Below are positions 1 through 11,021 of a DNA stretch of 64,000 bases, piece by piece. Each line of letters begins with the position of its first letter. The stretch's first letter is position 1. The position numbers and the translations under genes were made by a program. Below the pieces are notes generated by a model. It was not told the DNA's origin and made no database searches. It worked only from the letters and a program-made list of their open reading frames with translations. Source of the stretch: an uncultured bacterium (GTDB taxonomy: Bacteria > Zixibacteria > MSB-5A5 > CAIYYT01). Location of the stretch: the NCBI GenBank assembly GCA_963726455.1, contig CAVSCK010000005.1:1-64000 (forward strand), written 5' to 3'.

Positions 1-807
1 GTCGGGAGACCTCAACGTAAATAGGGGAGGACATCGCTCAGACCGAGGTGTCGCAATATATCTCTGGTATGTCTTGGCAAAGATGTGTTGCTTTAACCCC
101 CAGAGCGATTGCGGATCGGTACCACGCCACCCAAATCGTGCGACGCGCGCACGTATGAGTATTCCCGTAGAATGTCAGCGGCAGAATTAGAAGTGCTAGC
201 CCAATCAGAACGTCACGCATCGACAACGTATCCCGCCGGAACCACGCCGCAAAAACAACTGCCAGTCCGACCGACGCCACTGATGATGATTGCACAAAGC
301 CAATCCCAAAAAGTAGCAGCTCGCAAGTAACCATCGCCGGTCGCCGGTTCGGTAGAACCTCAGCGTCGCCGCCAAAACGCCTGCTGCCATCGCTGCCGCC
401 GGAGCATATACTTCATAGCCGGTTGCTACCGACCACAATGTTTGCCCGAGCGCGAACGTGACGGCGAGTCCAAGGTTCATGATTCGCGATGCAAGCGAAC
501 CCGGCGCCGTTTAGTGATGCCAGGATCACATACAGAAATCCGGCGCCAGTCGCCGCGCACAAAGCCGACAGAAAATTCAGAGCCAAAATCGGCCGCAGGA
601 AGAATAGTATAAGTGTGACAACGTGCCCGAAGTTTGTCAGCAGAGGATATCCGGGCGGATGTGAAATTTCCAGCTGGGGGCTGCCAGTCCTAACTCGCCG
701 CCATCACCTGGAAAGACCGTCGGACACAGAGTCGATAAATAGAAGACTAGCGGTATAAGCCCCGCCACCAATGCCCAGAGTACGACGGAATTGCGATCGA
801 ATTTCAC
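1..807 (-). CDS. DUF2723/TMEM260-like membrane glycosyltransferase (O-mannosyltransferase family), N-terminal part; runs off the window; frameshifted
   Basis: Manual minus-strand translation gives MKFDRNSVVLWALVAGLIPLVFYLSTLCPTVFPGDGGEL...EISHPPGYPL...WSVATGYEVYA...LGLALCNHH. The GD-x2-EL, HPPGYP, EVY and NH motifs are typical of the family. Pieces lie in different frames. Confidence 0.75.
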
Positions 808-975
808 GCCGCCAATATAGCTCTGCTACGATGGCTGGCGAACTCGAAAGATCAACCTCCGGCTCGCGGAGCGCAGATGCTTCCTATTGGCTTGCTTCAC
901 CGTGTAGGAGCGACTACAGTCGCGACCCGTCAATTCCATTACCGGACCGCAACTAAAGTCATCGAGTGCGAGAAT

Positions 976-1658
976 CTAGTGATGCGAAGTAGCGCGCGGT
1001 CTCCTCGATGGGGGAACACTGGCGCGAAACGGCGCCGCTAGCGCGTGAACTATGGTCTTGGCTTTCTTGGCGCCGATAATCTTGATGGCCTTCAAATCCG
1101 CCTCCGACGCATTGAACAACGCCTTGAGGTTCGGATATTTCGCCATCAGGACCTTGACGTCTTCTGTCGTCAAACCCGGAACACGTGCGAGAATCTGTTC
1201 CTGAAAATTGCCCTCGACCGGCTGTTTATCCTCCACCGCTTCCTCGACCTGCGTCTCCCGCTCCGGAGCATATTCCGATTGTTTTAGCAGAAGACTGATA
1301 TATTTGCTGGTATCCTCGGCGGACGAGGTGAAGATGATCGGAATGCGTCGCCACCGACAGATAAGTGATGCCCGCGCGCACGGTGGTCGCGGAAGAACTG
1401 TCGACAGTCTGTTTACCTTCGATGATATACAACGGATCGGGAAAGTCGCGTTTGAATTCGATCGCGGTGCGATAGACCATCTTATTCTGAAGCTCAGCGA
1501 CGAACTCATCCATCGTCCGCCTAATAATCGCAATCTTGCCGGCGGCGATGAAATCAACCAGCTTTAGCGGCGTAAACTTGATCGCTACCCCTTCCTTTTC
1601 CAGCAGTGGAATGACGGGATTCCTTCTCTCTGATGTTAGCGATCAACACGTCTTTCAA
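976..1658 (-). CDS. ERCC4/XPF-like domain plus helix-hairpin-helix protein with a degenerate active site; frameshifted
   Basis: Joined frames read VLIANIREKE-PVIPLLEKEGVAIKFTPLKLVDFIAAGKIAIIRRTMDEF...PLYIIEG, colinear with archaeal XPF nuclease domains. C-terminal LARVPGL...LKAIKIIGAKKAKTI is an (HhH)2 domain. Confidence 0.65.
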
Positions 1659-1923
1659 TACCGGACAAGGGGTACCTCCGTACAATCAGCGACGATGTTT
1701 GTTTTTTCTAGCCCTCGGCTCAGATTCCGATTCGCTGCGGAATACTTGCGACAATCTGAAACCGGCTGACTCTACTGGGGAGAAAGTCACTGGCGGCCGG
1801 CAGACAGCTTAAGTCCGTCGGATTGGAACGGTGTCAATAAAGCGGCTCCAAAAAATCAAGAAAATCATCGGCCTAATTCGACCGCCGTTAATCGCCAGGA
1901 CGTGGCGCCACCCACCATGCTTG

Positions 1924-3204
1924 TCAGGTCTTGCGTTCCTTCTTCTTGGCCGCCGGGAAAAGGACGTTGTTCAAAATCAAGCGATAACCCGGCGAGTCCT
2001 TGTAAAGGTCCAAGTCGGTCGGCGGATCGCCCACCATATGTTGGTAGTCTTCCGGATCGTGTCCCGCCAACCAGGTGAAAGTGCCTTTACCGTAGTTGCC
2101 ATGGATGTAGCGAACTTCATCCTGTCCCTCTACTTCACCAAGTATTGTGACATATTTCTTGACCATTGACTTGCGGAACGCGGTCGTCTGTCCCATAAAA
2201 CCCTTGACCGCACCCACGTGACACTGCACCAGCATTGTCGGCACCGGATCAAGCTTTGGCGGCGAAGTCGAACAACTGGAAATAGTCGTTGGCTCGTTGG
2301 GAATGTATTTCTGCCGATCGGGGTAGGTGTCGATATCCGAATGCCGATATTCCAGCGGATTGGTCGACACATCGAAATTCTCGAACGCAAAGCACTTCGA
2401 GTAATCCAGTTTGCTCTTGTAGTCGGGGTCAATGCCGTCACCGTCAAATTCTTTCGGCACGATATCCGTATTCTCCGCCGCCAGCGCAATATCGAAGGTC
2501 TCCGTCGCCGAGCACATGGCGAACATCATGCCACCGCGCGCGACGTAGTCCTCAATTGCCGACACCACCGCCTTCTTCATATCCGATACTTTGCGGTATC
2601 CGAGTGTCTTCGCCATCTGCTCGTTGGCGGCAACTTCCTGCTGGTACCAGAGGGTGTTGCGGAACGAGTTGTAGAAGCGGCCGTACTGACCGGTGAAATC
2701 CTCATGGTGCAGATGTATCCAGTCGTATTCCTCAAGTTTGCCGTCAAGCACTTCGGCGTCCCAGACAGTCTTATATTCGATTTCGGCGTAAGTTAGTGCC
2801 AGTGTCACCGCGTCATCCCACGGCTCCTTGTTGGCGGGCGTATAGACGGCGATGTTGGGAGCTTTTTCGAGCAATACCGATTCCATATTGTTGTCTTCAA
2901 TCGTCTGCCGAATCGCCTTCATCGGCGGCCCCAATCGCCGAATACGAAACACCGCGCAAAACGCAGATATTTTTCAGTCCCTCGAAATCATTCATCAGAA
3001 ACGAACCACCGCGATAGTTTAGCAACCACTCGACCGGAACCTGCTGTTTAAGACACCAAAACGCCACACCGTAGGCTTTGAGATGATTGTTCTGCTCGTT
3101 GTCCATATAGATAAGCAGCTTGTCTGCGTGCGCTGACGAGCGGCCAAGAGGATCAGACCGCACAAAAGGACTACGGCCGAAATGATCTTACTTAACAAAT
3201 TCAT
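1924..3204 (-). CDS. Conserved secreted protein with a class-I glutamine-amidotransferase-like region (FCB family often labelled 'asparagine synthetase B'); frameshifted
   Basis: Fragments 3019-3204 (signal peptide), 2897-3163 (LLIYMD...HLKAYG...WLLNYRGGSF) and 1924-2952 (WDDAVTLALTYAEI, HLHHEDFTGQYG, MFAMCSATETFD, GHDPEDYQH, SPGYRLILNNVLFPAA) join into one family member. Confidence 0.75.
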
Positions 3205-3634
3205 TTGTTACCTCAATCGCGCTCTTCAGCACCCGGCTTCATGTATTCAACGCGCTGAGGCGTCACTTCGAAGAAGAAGAAATCCGGATCATCGACGCCT
3301 TTCCAGTACTTCAACACCGGATAATGGCAGGCTGTCGTGATCCGTTCTAGCCAGCTTCAGGTCGCGAATTTCCGGGCGAGCCACCTTGTACGCGCAGATA
3401 CCCGCTGTTACCACCTTCACAAAAGGCTGTTACGAATTCCACGCGACCATCTATGGCGATTTGCTTCGCCTTGCGCGACGATCGAGCCGTCGCGAAATAG
3501 AACGCGCCGTCTAACATCAATGTTACCGGTCGCACCTGCGGAGCGCCGCTATCCGACAACGAAGCCAGAAACGCCTGCGGTCGGTTCAACTGTGCCAGCC
3601 GCGAGCGCATCTCCTCAAGCATCAATTTGTTCAT
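3205..3634 (-). CDS. Pyridoxamine 5'-phosphate oxidase-like FMN-binding protein; frameshifted, end approximate
   Basis: AFLASLSDSGAPQVRPVTL...FYFATARSSRKAKQIAIDGRVE; another frame continues YWKGVDDPDFFFFEVTPQRVEYMKPG. Confidence 0.7.
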
Positions 3635-3677
3635 GTTCTCAACCTGTCTGATGATACAACCAGCCCCAAGAATTCGC

Positions 3678-5056
3678 CTAAAGATTGTCACGGTTCTCTC
3701 TTGCTTGCCGCCGCAATTGCTCGAAGTATTCAAGCCGTTCCTTGATCTTCTTTTCCAGCCCGCGCTCGGTCGGATAGTAGAACTTGCGGGTCTTGAAGCT
3801 GTTCCGGCAAATCGGACTGGCCTGTGATTGCGTCCTCGAAATCGTGAGCATACTGATACCCTTTGCCATACCCGAAACCCTTCATCAAACCGGTCGGTGC
3901 GTTACGGATATGATATGGCACTTCGTATGCCGGTTCCTCTTCGATCGTGCGATTAACCCGCTGATAGGCATCATAAACCTTGTTGGATTTTGGCGCCGCC
4001 GCCAAATACAGCGCTGCTTCAGCCAGCGCCAACTCGCCTTCGGGAGAACCAAGAAAGTGATAGATTTCCTTGGCGTTCAGGGCGACGGTCATAGCGTTGG
4101 GATCGGCTAAGCCGATGTCTTCGACGGCGAATCGTATCATCCGTCGCGCCAAATAAAGAGGATCCTCGCCGCCGGCCAACATCCGCGCCAGCCAATAGAG
4201 AGCCGCATCGGGATCCGAATCTCGTCAGCGATTTGTGCAGCGCCGAAATCGAATTGAAATGCTCTTCGCCGGTCTTGTCATACAGCAGCACTTTCTGCTG
4301 CTGAATCGTCGTGATCTTTTCGAGCGTGATGTGCGCCTTGCCTGCTTCCCACTCGGTGTCGGAAATACAGGCGAACTCCAGCAGTGTCAGCGCTCGACGC
4401 GCATCACCGCCGGAAGTCTGAATGATATAGGCGCGAGCGTCGTCATCGAGCAGCACGTTCTGCTTGCCGAGTCCGTTGTCTGCATCCTCTATCGCACGCG
4501 TGATGATCCTATCGATTTCCGATTCTCCGAGCGGTCTCAGCAGATAGACTTTTAGTCTTGAGAAGTAGCGCCCCGATGACTTCGAACGATGGATTCTCCG
4601 TCGTGGCGCCAAGGAGAACGATCTTGCCCGATTCGACATACGGCAGGAACGCATCCTGCTGGCTCTTGTTGAAGCGATGAATTTCATCGATAAACAAAAT
4701 CGTCTGCCGTCCGTGAATCGCCTCTTCACGCTCTGCCTCCACCATCACCTGCTTGATCTCTTTGATTCCCGACTGTCACCGCCGAGAAGAAGATGAACTT
4801 CATCTTGAGATGCCGCGAGATCAAATAGGCCAGCGTTGTCTTGCCCGAACCGGGAGGTCCCCAGAAATATCGCCGAGTGGATTTTGCCCTTTTCGAGCAA
4901 CTGCCGCAGCGGTTTCCCCTCTCCCATGATTTCTTCCTGCCCGCAGAAATCCTCCAGCTTTTCGGGACGCATCCGATCGGCGAGGGGGGCGTTGGTGCGT
5001 GACGATTTCCCCGGTTCGGGTTCGAATAGGTCAGACAATCGGTTTTCCTCGGCCAA
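3678..5056 (-). CDS. rarA: Replication-associated recombination protein A (RarA/MgsA AAA+ ATPase); several frameshifts
   Basis: [73 protein letters not shown] and [11 protein letters not shown] motifs appear in successive fragments. Confidence 0.92.
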
Positions 5057-5418
5057 ATATTTCGCGCTAATATAGCGAGTGAAAGTTTGATCAGCAATAA
5101 CCGGCTGGGCATTTCTGTGCAGCAGTCACACAGCGCTGTTCATCAATCAATACGCTTAACTTCGGCTTCCGCACTCACTTGAACGCCTGCTGAAACAATC
5201 GCGCAAATCGTGAACACTGCACCATGCGCTCAAATCTTGGACGCCCGCCTGTCTAAGGCACGCCGAAATCATACCGATATTGTTAACAGGAGCAGCAATC
5301 GACACGGACACCACCGTCCCTGTCATCGGCAAATCCATCGACGACTTTCGCAGAGCACAACCCTCCACAGAGGAAGCTCCGTAGGAAGTGAGTCGAAAGA
5401 GATTGGAGAGGATAGAGC

Positions 5419-5760
5419 ATGAATCGCATCAGTGAGTTTGTCGAAGATTCTAATACTCTTGGCCTATCGCCTGCCAACGCGACCTCGCGTCAAGTACCGC
5501 GCTTCGAGCTCTTTGTCCGCAAAAATGATCCCCGGCTGGGCATTTTTGCCGCCTCATTTGCCGCTCATATCCTTACGAACTGCGTCTCCGGTGTGCCGGG
5601 GGAGGATGACCCCTACCTGCTCGCCACCGTCGCCGCCTTTATAGATGACTATCCCGAAACTCAGGCGGAAATCGCGCGCCTCACAGATGGCCTTAATCAA
5701 TCCGTCGCTACCATCAACTACACGCTGCAACAACTCTCGACTTCCGATATTTTCGAATAG
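5419..5760 (+). CDS. Hypothetical protein
   Basis: 113-aa ORF with GGAGAGG RBS and normal composition; no family recognised. Confidence 0.55.
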   Translation: MNRISEFVEDSNTLGLSPANATSRQVPRFELFVRKNDPRLGIFAASFAAHILTNCVSGVPGEDDPYLLATVAAFIDDYPETQAEIARLTDGLNQSVATINYTLQQLSTSDIFE

Positions 5761-5811
5761 CTCCTAGGGCCTGCAGAACACCTCTTCAACTTGCACAGTC
5801 AGAATTGAGCG

Positions 5812-5846
5812 AGAAAAAGAAAGCCGGAACAGGTGTCCCGGCTCTC
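5812..5846 (-). terminator. Rho-independent terminator of the PEP-CTERM gene
   Basis: Minus strand reads AGCCGGGACACCTGTTCCGGCT followed by TTCTTTTTC. Confidence 0.65.
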
Positions 5847-5868
5847 CCAAACTTGCTTTGCTGATCGC

Positions 5869-6570
5869 TTAGCTTTTTCTGCGCCGCAGTAAGCCAATTC
5901 CGCTCAGCCCCAAACCAAGCAACATCAACGAACCCGGTTCCGGCACGATGGTTGACTGAGTGTCCGGACGCAGGATCTTGTAAATCGGCGCTCCGGCTTC
6001 GTTCAGCAGCAGACCGTTCTGCGGTGCCGCCGTCGGGTCAGCCATCAGATAGTCGGTATTCCAGGCCGTTACCGGCAGGTGAGTAGTCTGCCACACACCG
6101 TCCTTGGCATAGAAATCGCCCCAGGTCGGCGCCTTGTCGGAATGGAAAAAGTACTCAAAAAGCCCGGAGCCCGAATTCTGCGCGCCATCCATCTTCAGAC
6201 CGTATAACGGGCCCGGCATATTGGGATTGGACGGGTTTGCCGAAGAAAACGTTCCGAGATCCTCATCACCGTTGAAATTCCAGAAATCCTCGTCAGTGGC
6301 ATTGGCCGAAACCTCAACGATCATATGGCTCGGATTCTTCGCCAGCGCTTCACCGGAAGCGTTGCTCAACGTATATTGGTAGTACCAATCGTTGGTCGCT
6401 AATTCCGAAACAGTCCACGAAATCATAAATCCACCGTGGCCGGCGTCCCAACCGGTCGACGCCACGACGCCGCTCGGAGTCGACAACGAACCCGTAAACA
6501 CCGGTAATGCCAGTGTCATGGCCGGGAATGCCGCCAGGAGCAGTACTGTTAGCACGACTGCTAGTCTCAT
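5869..6570 (-). CDS. PEP-CTERM sorting-domain secreted protein
   Basis: Signal peptide MRLAVVLTVLLLAAFPAMTLA; C-terminus VPEPGSLMLLGLGLSGIGLLRRRKS. Confidence 0.93.
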   Translation of the reverse strand: MRLAVVLTVLLLAAFPAMTLALPVFTGSLSTPSGVVASTGWDAGHGGFMISWTVSELATNDWYYQYTLSNASGEALAKNPSHMIVEVSANATDEDFWNFNGDEDLGTFSSANPSNPNMPGPLYGLKMDGAQNSGSGLFEYFFHSDKAPTWGDFYAKDGVWQTTHLPVTAWNTDYLMADPTAAPQNGLLLNEAGAPIYKILRPDTQSTIVPEPGSLMLLGLGLSGIGLLRRRKS

Positions 6571-6626
6571 ATTCAATTTCCTTTCCTTCCAGTATAGATG
6601 TCGATTACTCATGCAGCGTCATCTAG

Positions 6627-6642
6627 AGCAAAAAGCGTGCCA
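6627..6642 (-). promoter_or_regulatory. Sigma-54 (-24/-12) promoter of the PEP-CTERM gene
   Basis: Minus strand TGGCAC-GCTTT-TTGCT matches consensus with exact spacing, ~57 bp upstream of the ATG. PEP-CTERM genes are known to be RpoN/PrsR-controlled. Confidence 0.85.
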
Positions 6643-6866
6643 AAACCGAGCGAATCGGACAGCGCACCCTTTTCATTGTGAAACATAGCGTTATCTCAGC
6701 CCCAAAACAGCCATTCCGACCGCATAAACAGCGGAATGTAAGGAAACAGGGATTGCTGTCCACGATTTCGACGTCCGGTATTGCCTGACTCCTTTTGCCT
6801 TGACGCCTCTGACCTCAGGCGGTAGCTTCCAACCGGTTAAATTTCACTCGCATCATAGGAGGATGG

Positions 6867-8199
6867 ATGAAGAAGCTTTTCATTCTCGGCGCAGTCTTGT
6901 CCCTATTTCTTGCACCTGTCAGCACCGCCGCCGAGCTGAATTTCAATGTCGATCAGAGCACACTGGACAACGGACTTAAAGTACTCATCTACCGTGACAC
7001 GACCGTCTTGACCACCAGTGTCCAGACATTTGTGAACGCCGGCTCACGGGACGAGGATCGTCCGGGAATCACGGGTCTGGCCCACGTATTTGAGCACATG
7101 ATGTTTCGCGGCACGGAGAAATACCCGAATTATTCCGACGCTATAACTCCTCTGGGCGCCGAAAACAACGCCTATACCAACAACGATTACACCTGCTATT
7201 TCGTGAATGCCGAAGGCAAGTTTCTGGAGAAGGTGCTGGATCTGGAATCCGACCGTTTCATCAATCTGAATTTCACCAACGAGACCTTCCGCACCGAATT
7301 GGGACCGGTCAAGGAAGAGCGTCGCCGGGGTGTGGAAGACGATCCGGAGGGATACCTTGAGGATGAACTCTACCGCCTGGCATACACCGCCCATACCTAC
7401 CAGCATCCGGTCATCGGCTGGGAGGAAGACCTCGAATCTAAAATGACCTTCCAGGACGGCCTCGAATTCAAGAATCACTTCTATGTTCCCAATAACTGCG
7501 TGCTGGTGATCTGCGGCAACGTTGACATCGCCAAGACGAAAGAACTCGTGCAGAAATATTGGGGACGCTGGCAACGCGCCGAACCCTATTCGCCGATAAT
7601 CACTCCCGAACCGAGGCAGGCCGAGGAACGCGTCAAGAATTTCGCCTGGAAAGACGATGAGTCCTCGCCGATAATTCGGATCGTCTACCACACCGCCTCA
7701 GTGAAAGGCGACTTCGAAACCATTGCCGCGCTCAACATGATTGGCGAAGTATTGTTCGCCAGTTCGGGCCGTCTCGACCCGCGAACTGGAAAACCGGTCT
7801 TCGTTGGTTGAACGCATCGGCGGCGGCGTCGAAATGCGGAAAGATCCGGGCGTGTTTTCAATCTCGGCGCGCCTCAAAAAGGGCGTGACGCTGGAGCAGG
7901 TTGAGGATTCAATTTACGCGCAGCTTGATTTGCTCCGCTCGAAACTGGTAAGCACCGAGGAACTTGATCGTGTGCGCAACAACTTGCGGGCGCAACTGGT
8001 CTACGAGCTCGACCGGCCCTCTCGCGTTGCCGGTACCCTCGGATTCTACGAGATCGTAGCCGGTGACTGGAACGCCGTCAAGCACCTGTTTGACCTTTAC
8101 GGAACCATCACCGCCGAGAAGCTCCGCACCGCTGCTACCGAAACTTTCGACAAACTCAATCGCACCGTCGTGACTCTGGTGCCCAAGAGTGGGATTTGA
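6867..8199 (+). CDS. M16 (insulinase/pitrilysin) family zinc metallopeptidase, catalytic subunit; one frameshift near 7780
   Basis: Signal peptide; GLAHVFEHMMFRGT (HxxEH), ENNAYT, VKEERR. ORF 7741-8199 supplies the C-terminal domain. Confidence 0.9.
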
Positions 8200-8209
8200 G
8201 GTGAGCGCC

Positions 8210-9706
8210 ATGAAATCAATAATGAAACATTGCTGCCTATTAATTATTGCCGCCGCCATCGTACTTTGGCCGGTCTCCTGTGCACAGTCCAAAACCGATC
8301 AGGTTGTCGTTATCAAGAAAACCAGTCTGCCGGTGGTCTATTTCCGTGTCATGATTTCCGCCGGTTCGGCGATGGACCCAGCCGACAAGCCGGGTCTGGC
8401 CTATTACACCGCAAACCTCTTGAACAAAGGCACCAAGGCCTACACCCGCGATCAGCTTGAGGACAAACTCAATCAGATCGGCGGCGAAATCGGTATCAGC
8501 GTCGACAAAGAGGTGGTAGTCATTACCGGACGCACACTGTCCGATAAGATCGACGATTTCTATCCCGTCTTTCGGGAAATCCTCTTGTCGCCGATATTTC
8601 CCGATGATCAGGCCAGAAAAATGCAGTCGGAACAGCTTGACCGTATCAGTAATATTCGCGAGGACGACAGCCGGCTGGCTCTGGCCGTATTGGAAAACAA
8701 TCTCTTCGCCGGCCACCGCTACGGACACCTGATCGAAGGCACCGAGGAATCGGTCAAGCGCTTTACCCGTGATGATGCCTACCGCTTCTATCGCGACAAC
8801 TATCTTCAGGGCAACATCCTCGCCGGTATCGGCGGCGATGTCACCGACGCCCTGGTTGACCGCTTCAAATCCGATATCAGTGATTTTCCATCCGGCAAAG
8901 TCGTGCGTTCTGATGTCGAGCCGAATCTCGACAAGACCCGTCGCGTGATTCTGGTCGAGAAGGAAAGCCGCGCCCAAATGCAGCTTCGCATCGGGCATGT
9001 CGTCGACTACAATCGCACCAATCCCGATTACTTTGCGCTCCGCCTGCTCGGGGCATATCTAGGTGAAAACCGCGAGGCGTTTGGCCGGCTCTACCAGACC
9101 ATTCGCGCCCAGCGCGGGCTGGCTTACGGCGCCTATGCCTACACCGAATATTTTCGCCCGGCTGGCTGGTCAAAACTACAGGATAACGGCATCGTCCGCG
9201 ACGACCAGTTCTTTCACATGATGACCTATCCCAAAGAAGCCAACGGCAATTTCTGCATCAAACTGATGTTGTCCGAGATGACCAAGTTGACGACCCAGCC
9301 GATCACGCAGGAGAATTTCGAACGCGTGCAATCGTATGTCGCCAACCAGTATGCCTTCCTGATGGAGACTCCCGACAAGCAGCTTGGCATGCGTCTCGAT
9401 GAGGCCTGGTACAAGATTCCCGGCTTCGTCGACAAGTATCAGGAAAGTATCAACAAAGTTCCGCACTCCGAATTGCAGTCCGTGGCGCTGGATCACCTGC
9501 ATCCCGACCGCGTTTTGATCGTGGCGGTCGTCTCAAACGGTGAGGCCACCAAGAAAGAACTTCTCGGCGATACGACCGTGCTAGAACTGCCTTCAGGCGC
9601 TCAGGAAGGCGACCTGAAACCGATCAACGATCAGATCAAGGCCTTCAAACTCGACCTGAAACCGGATGACATCAAAATCATCCGAGCCAGCGAGTTGTTT
9701 AGGTAG
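8210..9706 (+). CDS. M16 family peptidase, non-catalytic partner subunit
   Basis: GSAMDPADKPGLAYYTANLLNKGT lacks HxxEH; RLYQTIRAQRGLAYG; adjacent to the catalytic subunit. Confidence 0.88.
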   Translation: MKSIMKHCCLLIIAAAIVLWPVSCAQSKTDQVVVIKKTSLPVVYFRVMISAGSAMDPADKPGLAYYTANLLNKGTKAYTRDQLEDKLNQIGGEIGISVDKEVVVITGRTLSDKIDDFYPVFREILLSPIFPDDQARKMQSEQLDRISNIREDDSRLALAVLENNLFAGHRYGHLIEGTEESVKRFTRDDAYRFYRDNYLQGNILAGIGGDVTDALVDRFKSDISDFPSGKVVRSDVEPNLDKTRRVILVEKESRAQMQLRIGHVVDYNRTNPDYFALRLLGAYLGENREAFGRLYQTIRAQRGLAYGAYAYTEYFRPAGWSKLQDNGIVRDDQFFHMMTYPKEANGNFCIKLMLSEMTKLTTQPITQENFERVQSYVANQYAFLMETPDKQLGMRLDEAWYKIPGFVDKYQESINKVPHSELQSVALDHLHPDRVLIVAVVSNGEATKKELLGDTTVLELPSGAQEGDLKPINDQIKAFKLDLKPDDIKIIRASELFR

Positions 9707-9786
9707 GGTCAATTTGCCAAGCAAGAGAAAAAGGATACTCGTAAGTTTCTCGAATATGAAACGAGTTACTTCCTGAGACCTAGATA

Positions 9787-9815
9787 GAAGAACTCGGGAA
9801 ATCCCGAGTTCTTCT
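9787..9815. terminator. Perfect hairpin between convergent genes (bidirectional terminator candidate)
   Basis: GAAGAACTCGGGA-AA-TCCCGAGTTCTTC. Confidence 0.6.
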
Positions 9816-9858
9816 TGTGAGTGGTCACCTTTTGTATACCTATCTTGTTTAGAAGCAA

Positions 9859-10089
9859 TTATAAGGAATTACCATTCTTCTGAAGATGCTCTGAAAGTCT
9901 TGGAATCTCCCCCTGGAGGGCAACCCGATAGACCGTACCTATGTCGAACATCAGACCCTCGTACAGGCAGTCTTTGACGATTACCAACTCCCATTCGTCC
10001 AGTTCTCGTCCGATCCTCGCAATGGCCTCCGCCTGAACGTCCTCTTTAGTGATCATGAACAGGACGTTCTCTTTTTCGAGAATTTCCAC
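9859..10089 (-). CDS. Small hypothetical protein
   Basis: 76-aa ORF 20 bp downstream of, and co-oriented with, the nuclease-like gene. Confidence 0.6.
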   Translation of the reverse strand: MEILEKENVLFMITKEDVQAEAIARIGRELDEWELVIVKDCLYEGLMFDIGTVYRVALQGEIPRLSEHLQKNGNSL

Positions 10090-10109
10090 CGGTTCCCCCT
10101 TGATGTGGG

Positions 10110-11021
10110 TTATAAGTCGAATTCTGTTCGCATTCTTATGAGGCTAATTTCCGCTGAGTATAGAAGGCCGACCTTTTCTGGCACAATGCTAATGCACCTG
10201 CCTTTGAAATCCGGAAAGCTATTCGATACTTGATTGAAGCGCCTGTCCTCGTTAGTAATGACATAGAGTCGAGTATTATATTCACGGAGAGCTGCCAGTC
10301 TGCCAAATCCGGACCAGACACCGGTTGACAATTCCACTTCGAACGCATATTCTGGATAAAAGCCCTTGTCAACCTCTCTGAACCACATCACATCTATCTT
10401 TCTGACGGAATCGAAATCCGCAAATTGCAGTTGCGGACATTCTGCAAGACTAGTTAGCTCCCTGAGTTTCCTCCTATTGAAGCTTCTGCTTTTGTCGGGC
10501 GTGAATGTTCTGAATCCTCTTATATTTCCTATTTCAATAAGACGACCTTGGATGACATTGTGGAAACTCTCGTCCGGACTCAGGGATTGTTCTTGTCCCG
10601 AATGTACTCCCGAAATCAGATTCCAATTGTTGATAAACTGCGCGCAATCGAAGTGATGTCCTCGGCCTCTTAGAACCAGGCTCAAGTTCCGAGTGAAATT
10701 GATCTTGTATTCGCCATTACGGTCGTGACTAATTTCTGGTAGCATCTTGATCAACAAGTCGGAAGGGAGGAATACGATGCGCTCAATACTACCACAAACG
10801 AAGGCGACAAATGAGTTCTCAAGATTGTAGATTTCCTCAGCGTTGATGTAATTTAAGCCGAAGAAATAGCGCTTTCCAAGATCCGACGCTGTTCGGACCA
10901 ACACATTAGCTTGGCCAATTTTGAAGCTGTTGCTGCGGAGCACCCTTATCAATTGTGTTTCTGGGTCAAGAGATTTCGCTCTCTCCAGAAATTCGGCCAG
11001 AAGTCTTTCGGTGTTCTTCAT
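10110..11021 (-). CDS. Putative restriction-endonuclease-like (PD-(D/E)xK fold) protein
   Basis: C-terminal half HNVIQGRLIEIG...KIDVMWF...YAFEVELST resembles REase-fold catalytic motifs; lies in an AT-richer segment. Confidence 0.55.
   Translation of the reverse strand: MKNTERLLAEFLERAKSLDPETQLIRVLRSNSFKIGQANVLVRTASDLGKRYFFGLNYINAEEIYNLENSFVAFVCGSIERIVFLPSDLLIKMLPEISHDRNGEYKINFTRNLSLVLRGRGHHFDCAQFINNWNLISGVHSGQEQSLSPDESFHNVIQGRLIEIGNIRGFRTFTPDKSRSFNRRKLRELTSLAECPQLQFADFDSVRKIDVMWFREVDKGFYPEYAFEVELSTGVWSGFGRLAALREYNTRLYVITNEDRRFNQVSNSFPDFKGRCISIVPEKVGLLYSAEISLIRMRTEFDL

Noticed and set aside
5325-5390. GGCAAATCCATCGA...CGCAGAGC as a c-di-GMP-I riboswitch
   Set aside because: The GAAA-capped P2 stem and following pairing are missing.
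7044-9502. Long antisense ORFs opposite the M16 genes (and similar ones opposite treT, Rhs and the giant protein)
   Set aside because: Shadow frames expected from GC-rich codon usage; they lack motifs.
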